Assembly: GCF_039654945.1 (NCBI RefSeq)
Contig: NW_027361688.1
Span: 4,836,001-4,900,000 of the forward strand
Origin: Dendrobates tinctorius
Taxonomy: Eukaryota
Direction of reading: 5' to 3'
Length of the DNA: 64,000 nucleotides
Under the pieces are notes generated by a model. It had not been told where the DNA came from and made no database searches. It was given only the letters and a program-made list of their open reading frames with translations. This document shows positions 38,023-50,174 of this stretch, one piece after another (position 1 is the stretch's first letter; every line of letters starts with the position of its first letter). A program made the position numbers and the translations under genes.

Positions 38023-39344
38023 TTCGAGAAGGTGGCCTTCTCCTACAACCCTAGCACATTGATACACAATACACACTGGGCTGGTGCACTTGCTAGTACG
38101 CCTGGTCGATGGCTGATAAAGTCATCTGGTGGAAACCATGGCCCCCCAGCATCGAAGTCACAAGGCTGGGTAAGTGTGAGGACTTATGGTGCAATGTGCC
38201 CCAGGAGTGGTCGCCCTGGTGGGAGTGTGAGCTTCCTTAGAGTGAGATCCCGGGTAAGTCTTGCATTCCATAGCACGCCTCACCTAGCCTTTCATACTTT
38301 CTTGAGCACCCCACCTATTCCTGGCCTTCAGATCGGGAAGGGGAATTTTTATAAACCCAGTCGAAGGTCAGCTTTGGGTTGAGAAACCAACACGAGACAG
38401 GTCTCCCAGCTCCACTAGGGTGAAGAGTCTGGTTGAAGCACGAAAACAGCTGTCCGATCTTGGCTAGGAAGAGCATCGAAGATCCCTGACCCTTGCTGTG
38501 GCCTTCTGGTTTATTGGGGACCCTCTCCTCCGGGAAATGTGCACATGAATCCTTGCCTTGTGTGCTGTTTTGGTGTGACTTTGGTCACATTTTTCAGAGC
38601 CCTGGATGTTGCTTCAATCAAAAAATCAGACTTCAGGGGGCAGCGACCTGGTGTTTGACGAGGGGAAGATTGCAGAGGATGAAAGCCAGAGCGGCCATTA
38701 CAGTTAGGCTGTGTTCACACACAGCGTTTTTTTAGCGGTATTTTTAGAGGTTTTGCCTATAAAACCGCTAAAATTAAGCTTCCCATTAATTTCGCATCAC
38801 GGTAAAAAACGCAGCATGCTCATTAATTTCGCGGATTTTTCCGCATTTCTGGCTAGTTCAATGCGTTTTGAAAACGCGCCGGCAAAAAAAAACGCATCAA
38901 AAACGCGCAAAAGCCGCAACGAAAATGCAAAAAAAAAAAAGGCGTGGTTTCTGGGAAGGGAGTCAGGTTTTTGAGCAGAAATTTTCTGCTGCGTGTGCAC
39001 TTAGCCTTAGAAGGAATCTGTAGGTATTCACACACAGCTCTGCAGTGAGATCAGGAGAGCAGACTGTCAGCCATTACATGTCTCACACTAGTAACAGCCC
39101 GTCATTTACAATAATTTCTGGAGGCAGATTGTCGGGGAGATCTATGTCCCACCCGGAGATCTTAACAGCTCATTTACATACAAGAAAAACGTGAATTTCT
39201 CTGGAATTAAACACTGGATCTCAGATATCAAGCCGTCATTTTATTCAACTTCTATGAGCTCCATGCCCATGTAGACGGCTGCACACTGATGGATAAGTGT
39301 GCAATTCCTCCTCCCTCTCTGCAGATCCTGTCAATGAATGCTTT

Positions 39345-40948
39345 CCGGAGCAGAGAGCGTCAGAGCACACAGCAAAGACCGGAGCAGAGAGCGTCAGAGC
39401 ACACAGCAAAGACCGGAGCAGAGAGCGTCAGAGCACACAGCAAAGACCGGAGCAGAGAGCGTCAAAGCACACAGCAAAGACCGGAGCAGAGAGCGTCAAA
39501 GCACACAGCAAAGACCGGAGCAGAGAGCGTCAGAGCCCACAGCAAAGACCGGAGCAGAGAGCGTCAGATCACACAGCAAAGACCGGAGCAGAGAGCGTCA
39601 AAGCACACAGCAAAGACCGGAGCAGAGAGCGTCAGAGCACACAGCAAAGTACAGAGCAGAGAGCATCAGAGCCCACAGCAAAGACCGGAGCAGAGAGCGT
39701 CAGAGCACACAGCAAAGACCGGAGCAGAGAGCGTCAGAGCACACAGCAAAGACCGGAGCAGAGAGCGTCAGAGCACACAGCAAAGACCGGAGCAGAGAGC
39801 GTCAAAGCACACAGCAAAGACCGGAGCAGAGAGCGTCAAAGCACACAGCAAAGACCGGAGCAGAGAGCGTCAGAGCCCACAGCAAAGACCGGAGCAGAGA
39901 GCGTCAGATCACACAGCAAAGACCGGAGCAGAGAGCGTCAGATCACACAGCAAAGACCGGAGCAGAGAGCGTCAGAGCACACAGCAAAGACCGGAGCAGA
40001 GAGCGTCAAAGCACACAGCAAAGACCGGAGCAGAGAGCGTCAGAGCACACAGCAAAGACCGGAGCAGAGAGCGTCAAAGCACACAGCAAAGACCGGAGCA
40101 GAGAGCGTCAGAGCCCACAGCAAAGACCGGAGCAGAGAGCGTCAGAGCACACAGCAAAGACCGGAGCAGAGAGCGTCAGAGCACACAGCAAAGACCGGAG
40201 CAGAGAGCGTCAAAGCACACAGCAAAGACCGGAGCAGAGAGCGTCAAAGCACACAGCAAAGACCAGAGCAGAGAGCGTCAGAGCCCACAGCAAAGACCGG
40301 AGCAGAGAGCGTCAGATCACACAGCAAAGACCGGAGCAGAGAGCGTCAGAGCCCACAGCAAAGACCAGAGCAGAGAGCGTCAGAGCACACAGCAAAGACC
40401 GGAGCAGAGAGCGTCAGAGCCCACAGCAAAGCACAGAGCAGAGAGCGTCAGAGCCCACAGCAAAGACCGGAGCAGAGAGCGTCAAAGCACACAGCAAAGA
40501 CCGGAGCAGAGAGCGTCAGAGCCCACAGCAAAGACCGGAGCAGAGAGCGTCAGAGCACACAGCAAAGACCGGAGCAGAGAGCGTCAGATCACACAGCAAA
40601 GACCAGAGCAGAGAGCGTCAGAGCCCACAGCAAAGACCGGAGCAGAGAGCGTCAGAGCACACAGCAAAGACCGGAGCAGAGAGCGTCAGAGCCCACAGCA
40701 AAGACCGGAGCAGAGAGCGTCAGAGCACACAGCAAAGACCGGAGCAGAGAGCGTCAGAGCACACAGCAAAGACCGGAGCAGAGAGCGTCAGAGCACACAG
40801 CAAAGACCGGAGCAGAGAGCGTCAGAGCACAGCAATGTCCGGAGCAGAGAGCGTCAGAGCACACAGCAAAGACCGGAGCAGAGAGCGTCAGAGCACACAG
40901 CAAAGACCGGAGCAGAGAGCGTCAGAGCACACAGCAAAGACCGGAGCA
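39345..40948. repeat. 34-bp minisatellite array 3, ~47 units
   Basis: Direct tandem repeat. Confidence 0.97.
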
Positions 40949-42044
40949 TAGAAGTGGTAGGAAGAGCTGCCGGCCAGTCCGAGCATTGCGATGCGATCGT
41001 CGTCCATGTTATACGGCCATCTGACTGCGCCTGTAGGGTGAGTGGACGCCGCCGCTTAATCTACATCCGAGAAAAACGGTCCTGTTTTGCTGATCAGACG
41101 TTGATCACTTTTTTCAAAGGTGGAGAGAAAAAAACACCAAAATGTTTGTCCACCTTCTCTGCTTTGTCAGTCTGTGAAAATCGGATGTCATCCGAGTGCG
41201 GGCCGATATTTTCCATGGAACCATAGACTTGGATTGCTGATTTTGATCCGACACCAAAGAAAAAATTGGACATGCGCACGGCCCCATAGAATAACGTGGG
41301 TACGAATGAGAATCACAGGGAGCACTCATCCGATATAATCGGGGGCGCGCACCAGCCCAGATGGTGACATTCCTTGGGTCAGCAGTTGCCAATATCACCT
41401 GCTTAAAAAAACATGTGAAAAAAGCAGAAATCAGCTCTCCTGTCCAGGTACACGACAAAATACTACAGTAATAGCAGTAGTCTAAACCCCAGCCGGCATT
41501 GCTTTATTAATCCAGTAGTATAAAAGGCACAAAAAATGGTTGAACACAACAGCACAAAACTGACCTGACAAAGGACCGTGAAGGTCTGAAATATGGTGCC
41601 TGCGAGCGCAGCGGATATTTTCTGTTTTTTTTTTTCATTTTTGCACTGCTCTGTTCAACTATTTTTTGTGCCTTTTATACTACTGGATCAATAAAGCAAT
41701 TCTTCTAAGAAGATGCGAGCGCCGGCTATCGTTTGGACTGTTGCTTGGAAAGATGTTTATAGCAAATTTACTTAAAAATTGCTGAAAATTAGAAACAAAA
41801 ATATAGTAAATTACTTAACTTTTATTTATGAGCAAATATAACACATTAGATATTACCGGCATGGTCAATTACACCTAGAGTGAACCTCCTATATGTGGCC
41901 CCCCGGCATCAGGAGAGGCGAGGGCCCGTACACCTGCTCTGTATAAATGAGGGGCCTACACTAATCTTTAGGGATATGTTATTAAAATTATGCAAACTAG
42001 ACAAATCGGCAGTATGGGAAAAAAAAACAAAGCAATTTTTATTC

Positions 42045-43283
42045 CTACTTATAAAAACCATAAAAATTATTTTCTAGATAACCCATAGAAGTAGCTGCTA
42101 TGTTTGGCATTGGTGGTTTTTGCGGAATAGTAACCTGTTTCGGTTTGGCTTCAGTCCTCTTCTTATTTTCGACAGCTGAAGCCAAAGACAATTTGTCTAA
42201 TCTTATACTAAGATCGTTACTTCCCTTCACATAAAATTTTGACATTGATTCAGTCAAAATACTAAGTAATCCCATGTGTAACTTATTAGACATCACCGCC
42301 ACATCCAGGTCATCTCCATCATGGGGCAGCTTATCATGTCCCCCTGTGTCCTCATCCCCTCCCTCCTTCTTAGGATCACACAAGTCACCAATATCTGGAT
42401 CCTGTAGGACAGTCAGTGGATCCGTCATGTTACACAGCTCCTCAATGTGTCTCATCTTCCTGGACAGCTCGTCCTTCTTTATTTCCAGCTGATGGATCAG
42501 AGTAGACAGTGACAGCGACATCTTCTCTTCCTGCCTGGAGATCTCACTCAGGATACTCTTCTCCAGGTCGTCCACCCGTCTCCTGATGTCTGTACACAGG
42601 GCAGTCACTTTCCCCGCTTGTTCAGCTGCTTTTTCTTGAGCTTTTCTCCTCTGTTCCTCCAGACTCTTGACTTGTTCCTCAGTCTTCTTTCTCTTTGTGG
42701 TCAATTTCTGGTGAACATTTCTCAGTTTCTCCTTCTTCTTCTCTGAGGCCTCATCCAGCGTCTCCACCCGGTGTCCTCGATGTTCTCCGGCCAGACTGCA
42801 GGACACACAGATACAAGAATCGTCCTCAGTGCAGTAATATTCCAGGATCTTCTTATGGACAGAACATTTCCTTTTCTCCAGAGAAGTGCTGGGATCAGAT
42901 AAGACGTGTTCTGCTGATTTGCTGTGAACGTTTAGGTGTTTCTCACACAGAGAAGCCTCACAGTGTAGACAGGATTTCACAGCTGGTAGAGGAGAGTCCA
43001 CACAGAAAGTGCAGCAGATCCCGGTGGCCTCCTTACTTGGTTCATCACGCTGGAGAGTCTTCATGATCTTACACAGAGCTAAACATCTCATCAGTGCCGG
43101 CCGCTCCTGAAACTCTTCTCTGCATTCCGGACAGGAATAAACTCCAGACCCGTCCTGTGTATCCAGCACACGACCAATACAGACCCGGCAGAAGTTGTGT
43201 CCACATCTCAGCATTACAGGATCTGTATAAGTGCTCAGACAGATGGAGCAGTCCAGCTGTTCTCTCAGATCGGTGGACGCCAT
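42045..43283 (-). CDS. Intronless RBCC TRIM lacking PRY/SPRY, cassette copy 4 (412 aa)
   Basis: Intact ORF; differs from copy 1 by I86A, Y93F and A287T. Confidence 0.92.
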   Translation of the reverse strand: MASTDLREQLDCSICLSTYTDPVMLRCGHNFCRVCIGRVLDTQDGSGVYSCPECREEFQERPALMRCLALCKIMKTLQRDEPSKEATGICCTFCVDSPLPAVKSCLHCEASLCEKHLNVHSKSAEHVLSDPSTSLEKRKCSVHKKILEYYCTEDDSCICVSCSLAGEHRGHRVETLDEASEKKKEKLRNVHQKLTTKRKKTEEQVKSLEEQRRKAQEKAAEQAGKVTALCTDIRRRVDDLEKSILSEISRQEEKMSLSLSTLIHQLEIKKDELSRKMRHIEELCNMTDPLTVLQDPDIGDLCDPKKEGGDEDTGGHDKLPHDGDDLDVAVMSNKLHMGLLSILTESMSKFYVKGSNDLSIRLDKLSLASAVENKKRTEAKPKQVTIPQKPPMPNIAATSMGYLENNFYGFYK

Positions 43284-43467
43284 GGCTGACAGAGGAAGAA
43301 AGAACTCAAACAGGAACTTTCTTTCTTTTTTTTTTGTGCCTCTACGAAATGGGAGGTTGGGCGGAGGGGATACTCACATTAGTCTCCACCCTTGTTAGCT
43401 GTGCTGCTACGTTGAGAACGCAGCATACATAGGCGAAGCAACTATCGCATCAGGCTTTTCCGAGGGA

Positions 43468-43498
43468 GGCCTTTTGGCCAAGATCAAGTGTAGTATCT
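43468..43498 (+). pseudogene. U2 snRNA fragment, cassette 4
   Basis: Same 31-mer as at 25337. Confidence 0.85.
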
Positions 43499-44820
43499 TT
43501 CGAGAAGGTGGCCTTCTCCTACAACCCTAGCACATTGATACACAATACACACTGGGCTGGTGCACTTGCTAGTACGCCTGGCCGATGGCTGATAAAGTCA
43601 TCTGGTGGAAACCATGGCCCCCCAGCATCGAAGTCACTAGGCTGGGTAAGTGTGAGGACTTATGGTTGAATGTGCCCCAGGAGTGGTCGCCCTGGTGGGA
43701 GTGTGAGCTTCCTTAGAGTGAGATCCCGGGTAAGTCTTGCATTCCATAGCACGCCTCACCTAGCCTTTCATACTTTCTTCAGCACCCCACCTATTCCTGG
43801 CCTTCAGATCGGGAAGGGGAATTTTTATAAACCCAGTCGAAGGTCAGCTTTGGGTTGAGAAACCAACACGAGACAGGTCTCCCAGCTCCACTAGGGTGAA
43901 GAGTCTGGTTGAAGCACGAAAACAGCTGTCCGATCTTGGCTAGGAAGAGCATCGAAGATCCCTGACCCTTGCTGTGGCCTTCTGGTTTATTGGGGACCCT
44001 CTCCTCCGGGAAATGTGCACATGAATCCTTGCCTTGTGTGCTGTTTTGGTGTGACTTTGGTCACATTTTTCAGAGCCCTGGATGTTGCTTCAATCAAAAA
44101 ATCAGACTTCAGGGGGCAGCGACCTGGTGTTTGACGAGGGGAAGATTGCAGAGGATGAAAGCCAGGCGGCCATTACAGTTAGGCTGTGTTCACACACAGC
44201 GTTTTTTTAGCGGTATTTTTAGAGGTTTTGCCTATAAAACCGCTAAAATTAAGCTTCCCATTAATTTCGCATCACGGTAAAAAACGCAGCATGCTCATTA
44301 ATTTCGCGGATTTTTCCGCATTTCTGGCTAGTTCAATGCGTTTTGAAAACGCGCCGGCAAAAAAAAACGCATCAAAAACGCGCAAAAGCCGCAACGAAAA
44401 TGCAAAAAAAAAAAAAGGCGTGGTTTCTGGGAAGGGAGTCAGGTTTTTGAGCAGAAATTTTCTGCTGCGTGTGCACTTAGCCTTAGAAGGAATCTGTAGG
44501 TATTCACACACAGCTCTGCAGTGAGATCAGGAGAGCAGACTGTCAGCCATTACATGTCTCACACTAGTAACAGCCCGTCATTTACAATAATTTCTGGAGG
44601 CAGATTGTCGGGGAGATCTATGTCCCACCCGGAGATCTTAACAGCTCATTTACATACAAGAAAAACGTGAATTTCTCTGGAATTAAACACTGGATCTCAG
44701 ATATCAAGCCGTCATTTTATTCAACTTCTATGAGCTCCATGCCCATGTAGACGGCTGCACACTGATGGATAAGTGTGCAATTCCTCCTCCCTCTCTGCAG
44801 ATCCTGTCAATGAATGCTTT

Positions 44821-47800
44821 CCGGAGCAGAGAGCGTCAGAGCACACAGCAAAGACCGGAGCAGAGAGCGTCAGAGCACACAGCAAAGACCGGAGCAGAGA
44901 GCGTCAGAGCACACAGCAAAGACCGGAGCAGAGAGCGTCAGAGCACACAGCAAAGACCGGAGCAGAGAGCGTCAGAGCACACAGCAAAGACCGGAGCAGA
45001 GAGCGTCAGAGCACACAGCAAAGACCGGAGCAGAGAGCGTCAGAGCCCACAGCAAAGACCGGAGCAGAGAGCGTCAAAGCACACAGCAAAGACCGGAGCA
45101 GAGAGCGTCAAAGCACACAGCAAAGACCGGAGCAGAGAGCGTCAGAGCCCACAGCAAAGACCGGAGCAGAGAGCGTCAGAGCACACAGCAAAGACCGGAG
45201 CAGAGAGCGTCAGAGCACACAGCAAAGACCGGAGCAGAGAGCGTCAGAGCACACAGCAAAGTACAGAGCAGAGAGCGTCAGAGCACACAGCAAAGACCGG
45301 AGCAGAGAGTGTCAGAGCACACAGCAAAGACCGGAGCAGAGAGCGTCAGAGCACACAGCAAAGACCGGAGCAGAGAGTGTCAGAGCACACAGCAAAGACC
45401 GGAGCAGAGAGCGTCAGAGCCCACAGCAAAGACCGGAGCAGAGAGTGTCAGAGCACACAGCAAAGACCGGAGCAGAGAGCGTCAGAGCACACAGCAAAGA
45501 CCGGAGCAGAGAGCGTCAGAGCACACAGCAAAGACCGGAGCAGAGAGCGTCAGAGCACACAGCAAAGACCGGAGCAGAGAGCGTCAGAGCACACAGCAAA
45601 GACCGGAGCAGAGAGCGTCAAAGCACACAGCAAAGCACAGAGCAGAGAGCGTCAGAGCCCACAGCAAAGACCGGAGCAGAGAGCGTCAGATCCCACAGCA
45701 AAGACCGGAGCAGAGAGCGTCAGAGCACACAGCAAAGACCGGAGCAGAGAGTGTCAGAGCACACAGCAAAGACCGGAGCAGAGAGCGTCAGAGCACACAG
45801 CAAAGACCGGAGCAGAGAGCGTCAGAGCACACAGCAAAGACCGGAGCAGAGAGCGTCAGAGCACACAGCAAAGACCGGAGCAGAGAGCGTCAGAGCACAC
45901 AGCAAAGACCGGAGCAGAGAGCGTCAAAGCACACAGCAAAGACCGGAGCAGAGAGCGTCAGAGCCCACAGCAAAGACCGGAGCAGAGAGCGTCAGATCCC
46001 ACAGCAAAGACCGGAGCAGAGAGCGTCAGATCACACAGCAAAGACCGGAGCAGAGAGCGTCAGAGCACACAGCAAAGACCGGAGCAGAGAGCGTCAGAGA
46101 ACACAGCAAAGACCGGAGCAGAGAGCGTCAGAGCACACAGCAAAGACCGGAGCAGAGAGCGTCAGAGCACACAGCAAAGACCGGAGCAGAGAGCGTCAGA
46201 GCACACAGCAAAGACCGGAGCAGAGAGCGTCAGAGCACACAGCAAAGACCGGAGCAGAGAGTGTCAGAGCACACAGCAAAGACCGGAGCAGAGAGCGTCA
46301 GAGCACACAGCAAAGTACAGAGCAGAGAGCGTCAGAGCCCACAGCAAAGACCAGAGCAGAGAGCGTCAGAGCACACAGCAAAGTCCGGAGCAGAGAGCGT
46401 CAGAGCACACAGCAAAGACCGGAGCAGAGAGCGTCAGAGCACACAGCAACGTCCGGAGCAGAGAGCGTCAGAGAACACAGCAAAGACCGGAGCAGAGAGC
46501 GTCAGAGCACACAGCAAAGACCGGAGCAGAGAGCGTCAGAGCACACAGCAAAGACCGGAGCAGAGAGCGTCAGAGCACACAGCAAAGACCGGAGCAGAGA
46601 GCGTCAGAGCACACAGCAACGTCCGGAGCAGAGAGCGTCAGAGAACACAGCAAAGACCGGAGCAGAGAGCGTCAGAGCACACAGCAAAGACCGGAGCAGA
46701 GAGCGTCAGAGCACACAGCAAAGACCGGAGCAGAGAGCGTCAGAGCACACAGCAAAGACCGGAGCAGAGAGCGTCAGAGCACACAGCAAAGACCGGAGCA
46801 GAGAGCGTCAGAGTACACAGCAAAGACCAGAGCATAGAGCGTCAGAGCACACAGCAAAGACCAGAGCAGAGAGCGTCAGAGCACACAGCAAAGACCGGAG
46901 CAGAGAGCGTCAGAGCACACAGCAAAGACCGGAGCAGAGAGCGTCAGAGCACACAGCAAAGTACAGAGCAGAGAGCGTCAGAGCCCACAGCAAAGACCGG
47001 AGCAGAGAGTGTCAGAGCACACAGCAAAGACCGGAGCAGAGAGCGTCAGAGCACACAGCAAAGTACAGAGCAGAGAGCGTCAGAGCCCACAGCAAAGTCC
47101 GGAGCAGAGAGCGTCAGAGCACACAGCAAAGACCGGAGCAGAGAGCGTCAGAGCACACAGCAACGTCCGGAGCAGAGAGCATCAGAGAACACAGCAAAGA
47201 CCGGAGCAGAGAGCGTCAGAGCACACAGCAAAGACCGGAGCAGAGAGCGTCAGAGCACACAGCAAAGACCGGAGCAGAGAGCGTCAGAGCACACAGCAAC
47301 GTCCGGAGCAGAGAGCGGAGCAGAGAGCGTCAGAGCACACAGCAAAGACCGGAGCAGAGAGCGTCAGAGCACACAGCAAAGACCGGAGCAGAGAGCGTCA
47401 GATCACACAGCAAAGACCAGAGCAGAGAGCGTCAGAGCACAGCAAAGACCGGAGCAGAGAGCATCAGAGCACAAAGCAACGTCCGGAGCAGAGAGCGTCA
47501 GAGCACAAAGCAACGTCCGGAGCAGAGAGCGTCAGAGAACACAGCAAAGACTGGAGCAGAGAGCGTCAGAGCCCACAGCAAAGACTGGAGCAGAGAGCGT
47601 CAGAGCACACAGCAAAGACCGGAGCAGAGAGCGTCAGAGTACACAGCAAAGACCGGAGCAGAGAGCGTCAGAGTACACAGCAAAGACAGGAGCAGAGAGC
47701 GTCAGAGCCCACAGCAAAGACCAGAGCAGAGAGCGTCAGAGCCCACAGCAAAGACCAGAGCAGAGAGCGTCAGAGCACACAGCAGAGACCAGAGCAGAGA

Positions 47801-48083
47801 GCGTCAGAGCACACAGCAAAGACCGGAGCAGAGAGCGTCAGAGCACACAGCAAAGACAGGAGCAGAGAGCGTCAGAGCCCACAGCAAAGACCAGAGCAGA
47901 GAGCGTCAGAGCACACAGCAGAGACCAGAGCAGAGAGCGTCAGAGCACACAGCAAAGACCGGAGCAGAGAGCTTCAGAGCCCACAGCAAAGACCAGAGCA
48001 GAGAGCGTCAGAGCACACAGCAGAGACCAGAGCAGAGAGCGTCAGAGCCCACAGCAGAGACCAGAGCAGAGAGCGTCAGAGAA
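44821..48083. repeat. 34-bp minisatellite array 4, ~96 units, more diverged distally, interrupted by CR1 (last unit resumes at ~49770-49803)
   Basis: Direct tandem repeat; GAACACAGCAAAGACCGGAGCAGAGAGCGCCAG follows the CR1 tail. Confidence 0.97.
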
Positions 48084-49770
48084 CTTTTAAATTCCTATTT
48101 TGCATCTGTTTTCTCTCAGAAAGGAAATGTAACATCAACTGCTATTCACTGTCCTATTAAGGGAATAGAAGAATCCAGGATATCTATAAACAGAAAGATA
48201 GTGAGGAAACACTTAGCTAACCTAAATGTATTCAAGTCTCCAGGTCCAGATGAATTACACCCCAGAGTACTGAAGGAGATAGCAGAAGATATTTTTGAAC
48301 CCCTCTCCATAATCTTTGAAAATTCTTGGAGAACAGGAGAAGTGCCAGAAGACTGGAGAAGAGCAAATGTTGTTCCTATCTTCAAAAAGGGGAAGAAGGT
48401 GGACCCAGGTAACTATAGGCCGGTGAGTCTGACTTCTATACCAGGAAAGATCTTTGAACAAATTATTAAACAACATGTATGTCAATACCTGGATAAGAAT
48501 GAAGTGATTAAACAGAGTCAGCATGGGTTTGTAACTAATAAGTCATGTCAGACTAATTTAATTTCCTTCTATGATGGTATTACTGATTGGGTGGATCAAG
48601 GAAATGCTGTAGATATAGTATATCTTGACTTCAGCAAAGCATTTGACAAAGTCTCTCATACAATCCTTATTGAAAAAATGACTAAGTATGGAATGGACAA
48701 GGCAACTGTTAGGTGGATTCATAACTGGCTTAGTGATCGGACACAAAGAGTGGTCGTAAATGGCTGCACATCCAGTTGGAAGAATGTCTCAAGTGGGGTA
48801 CCACAGGGCTCTGTCCTGGGCCCTGTATTGTTCAACATCTTTATCAACGATTTAGATGAAGGAATTGAGGGTAAACTGATTAAATTTGCTGATGACACAA
48901 AGCTAGGAGGGATAGCTAATACTAGAGAAGAGAGAGAGAGGATTCATAAAGATTTAAATAAACTGGAGAAGTGGGCAGCAACTAACAGAATGGTTTTTTA
49001 ACAGGGAGAAATGCAAAGTACTACATCTGGGCAATAAAAATGAAAAAAGCATATATAGAATGGGAGGAATAGGGCTAAGTGACAGCACATGTGAAAAAGA
49101 CTTGGGTATACTAATAGATCACAGACTGAATATGAGTCAACAGTGTGATGCAGCAGCAAAAAAGGCAACTGCAATTCTAGGATGTATTAACAGAAGCATA
49201 CAGTCTAGATCACGTGAAGTAATTATTTCCCTCTACTCCTCTTTGGTCAGACCTCATCTGGAATATTGTGTCCAGTTTTGGGCACCACATTTTAAAAAAG
49301 ACATCAACAAACTGGAGCAAGTTCAGAAAAGAGCGACCAGAATGGTGACCGGTCTGCAAACCCTGTCTTATGAGGAAAGGTTGCAGGATTTGGGAATGTT
49401 TAGTTTGCAAAAGAGAAGACTGAGAGGAGACTTAATAGCTGTCTACAAATATCTAAAGGGCTGTCACATTGTAGAAGGATCAACTTTATTCTCATTTGCA
49501 CAAGGAAAGACTAGAAGCAATGGGATGAAACTGAATGGGAGGAGACACAGATTAGATATTAGAAAAAACTTTTTGACAGTTAGAGTGATCAATGAGTGGA
49601 ACAGGCTGCCACGAGAAGTGGCGAGTTCCCCTTCAATGGAAGTCTTCAAACAGAGGCTGGACAGACATCTAACTGGGATGATTTAGCGAATCCTGCTTTG
49701 AGCAGGGGGTTGGACCAGATGGCCCAGGAGGTCCCTTCCAACTCTACGATTCTATGATTCTATGATTCTA
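48084..49770 (+). mobile_element. 5'-truncated CR1 non-LTR retrotransposon (RT and 3' end)
   Basis: RT motifs KSPGPDELHPRVLKE, NYRPVSLTS, YLDFSKAFD, GVPQGSVLGP and FADD; C-terminal CR1 region continues in 49060-49686 after one frameshift in a T-run at ~48994-48999; CR1 tail (ATTCTATG)n. Confidence 0.95.
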
Positions 49771-50174
49771 GAACACAGCAAAGACCGGAGCAGAGAGCGC
49801 CAGGGGGAAAGGAGGTGTGGGGTTTTTTTATGTGTAAATGTGTGCGGGCTCGGTTTGTATAAAAGCTTTGTGGGGCTTATACCTCTTATAGGGGCTATGT
49901 GAGGGTGTATACTATGTATAAGGGGACTGTGTGGGGCCTCACAATGTATATGGGGCTGTAGGGTCTCATACTGTGTGTGGGGCTGTGATGTCTTATAGTG
50001 TTTACAGAGGGCTTTGTGGGGCTCATACTGAATACTACTGTATAAAGGGAGGCTCATTCTTTAGATAGAAGGCTCATACTGTATATGGGGGTCCTTACTG
50101 TCTATAGGACTCCTGCTGTATACAGGGAAGCTGTGAGGGATCATACTTTATATAGTGGGTGATGTGCGTAGGCT

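Larger units (their letters stand above)
22818..48083. repeat. Tandem segmental duplication: four TRIM cassettes starting at 22818, 28631, 35465 and 40946
   Basis: About 3.87 kb of near-identical unique sequence plus a variable-length 34-bp array, repeated four times; periods 5813, 6834 and 5481 bp. Confidence 0.97.

Noticed and set aside
26634-41226. 500-1000-aa repetitive ORFs in all three forward frames
   Set aside because: Translations of a T-poor minisatellite; all frames give the same peptide and lengths vary between copies.
44814-49001. 1395-aa ORF fusing a repetitive domain to a reverse transcriptase
   Set aside because: The 34-bp unit has no stop in any forward frame, so fusion to an inserted RT is expected by chance; the CR1 is 5'-truncated and frameshifted, and nothing supports expression.
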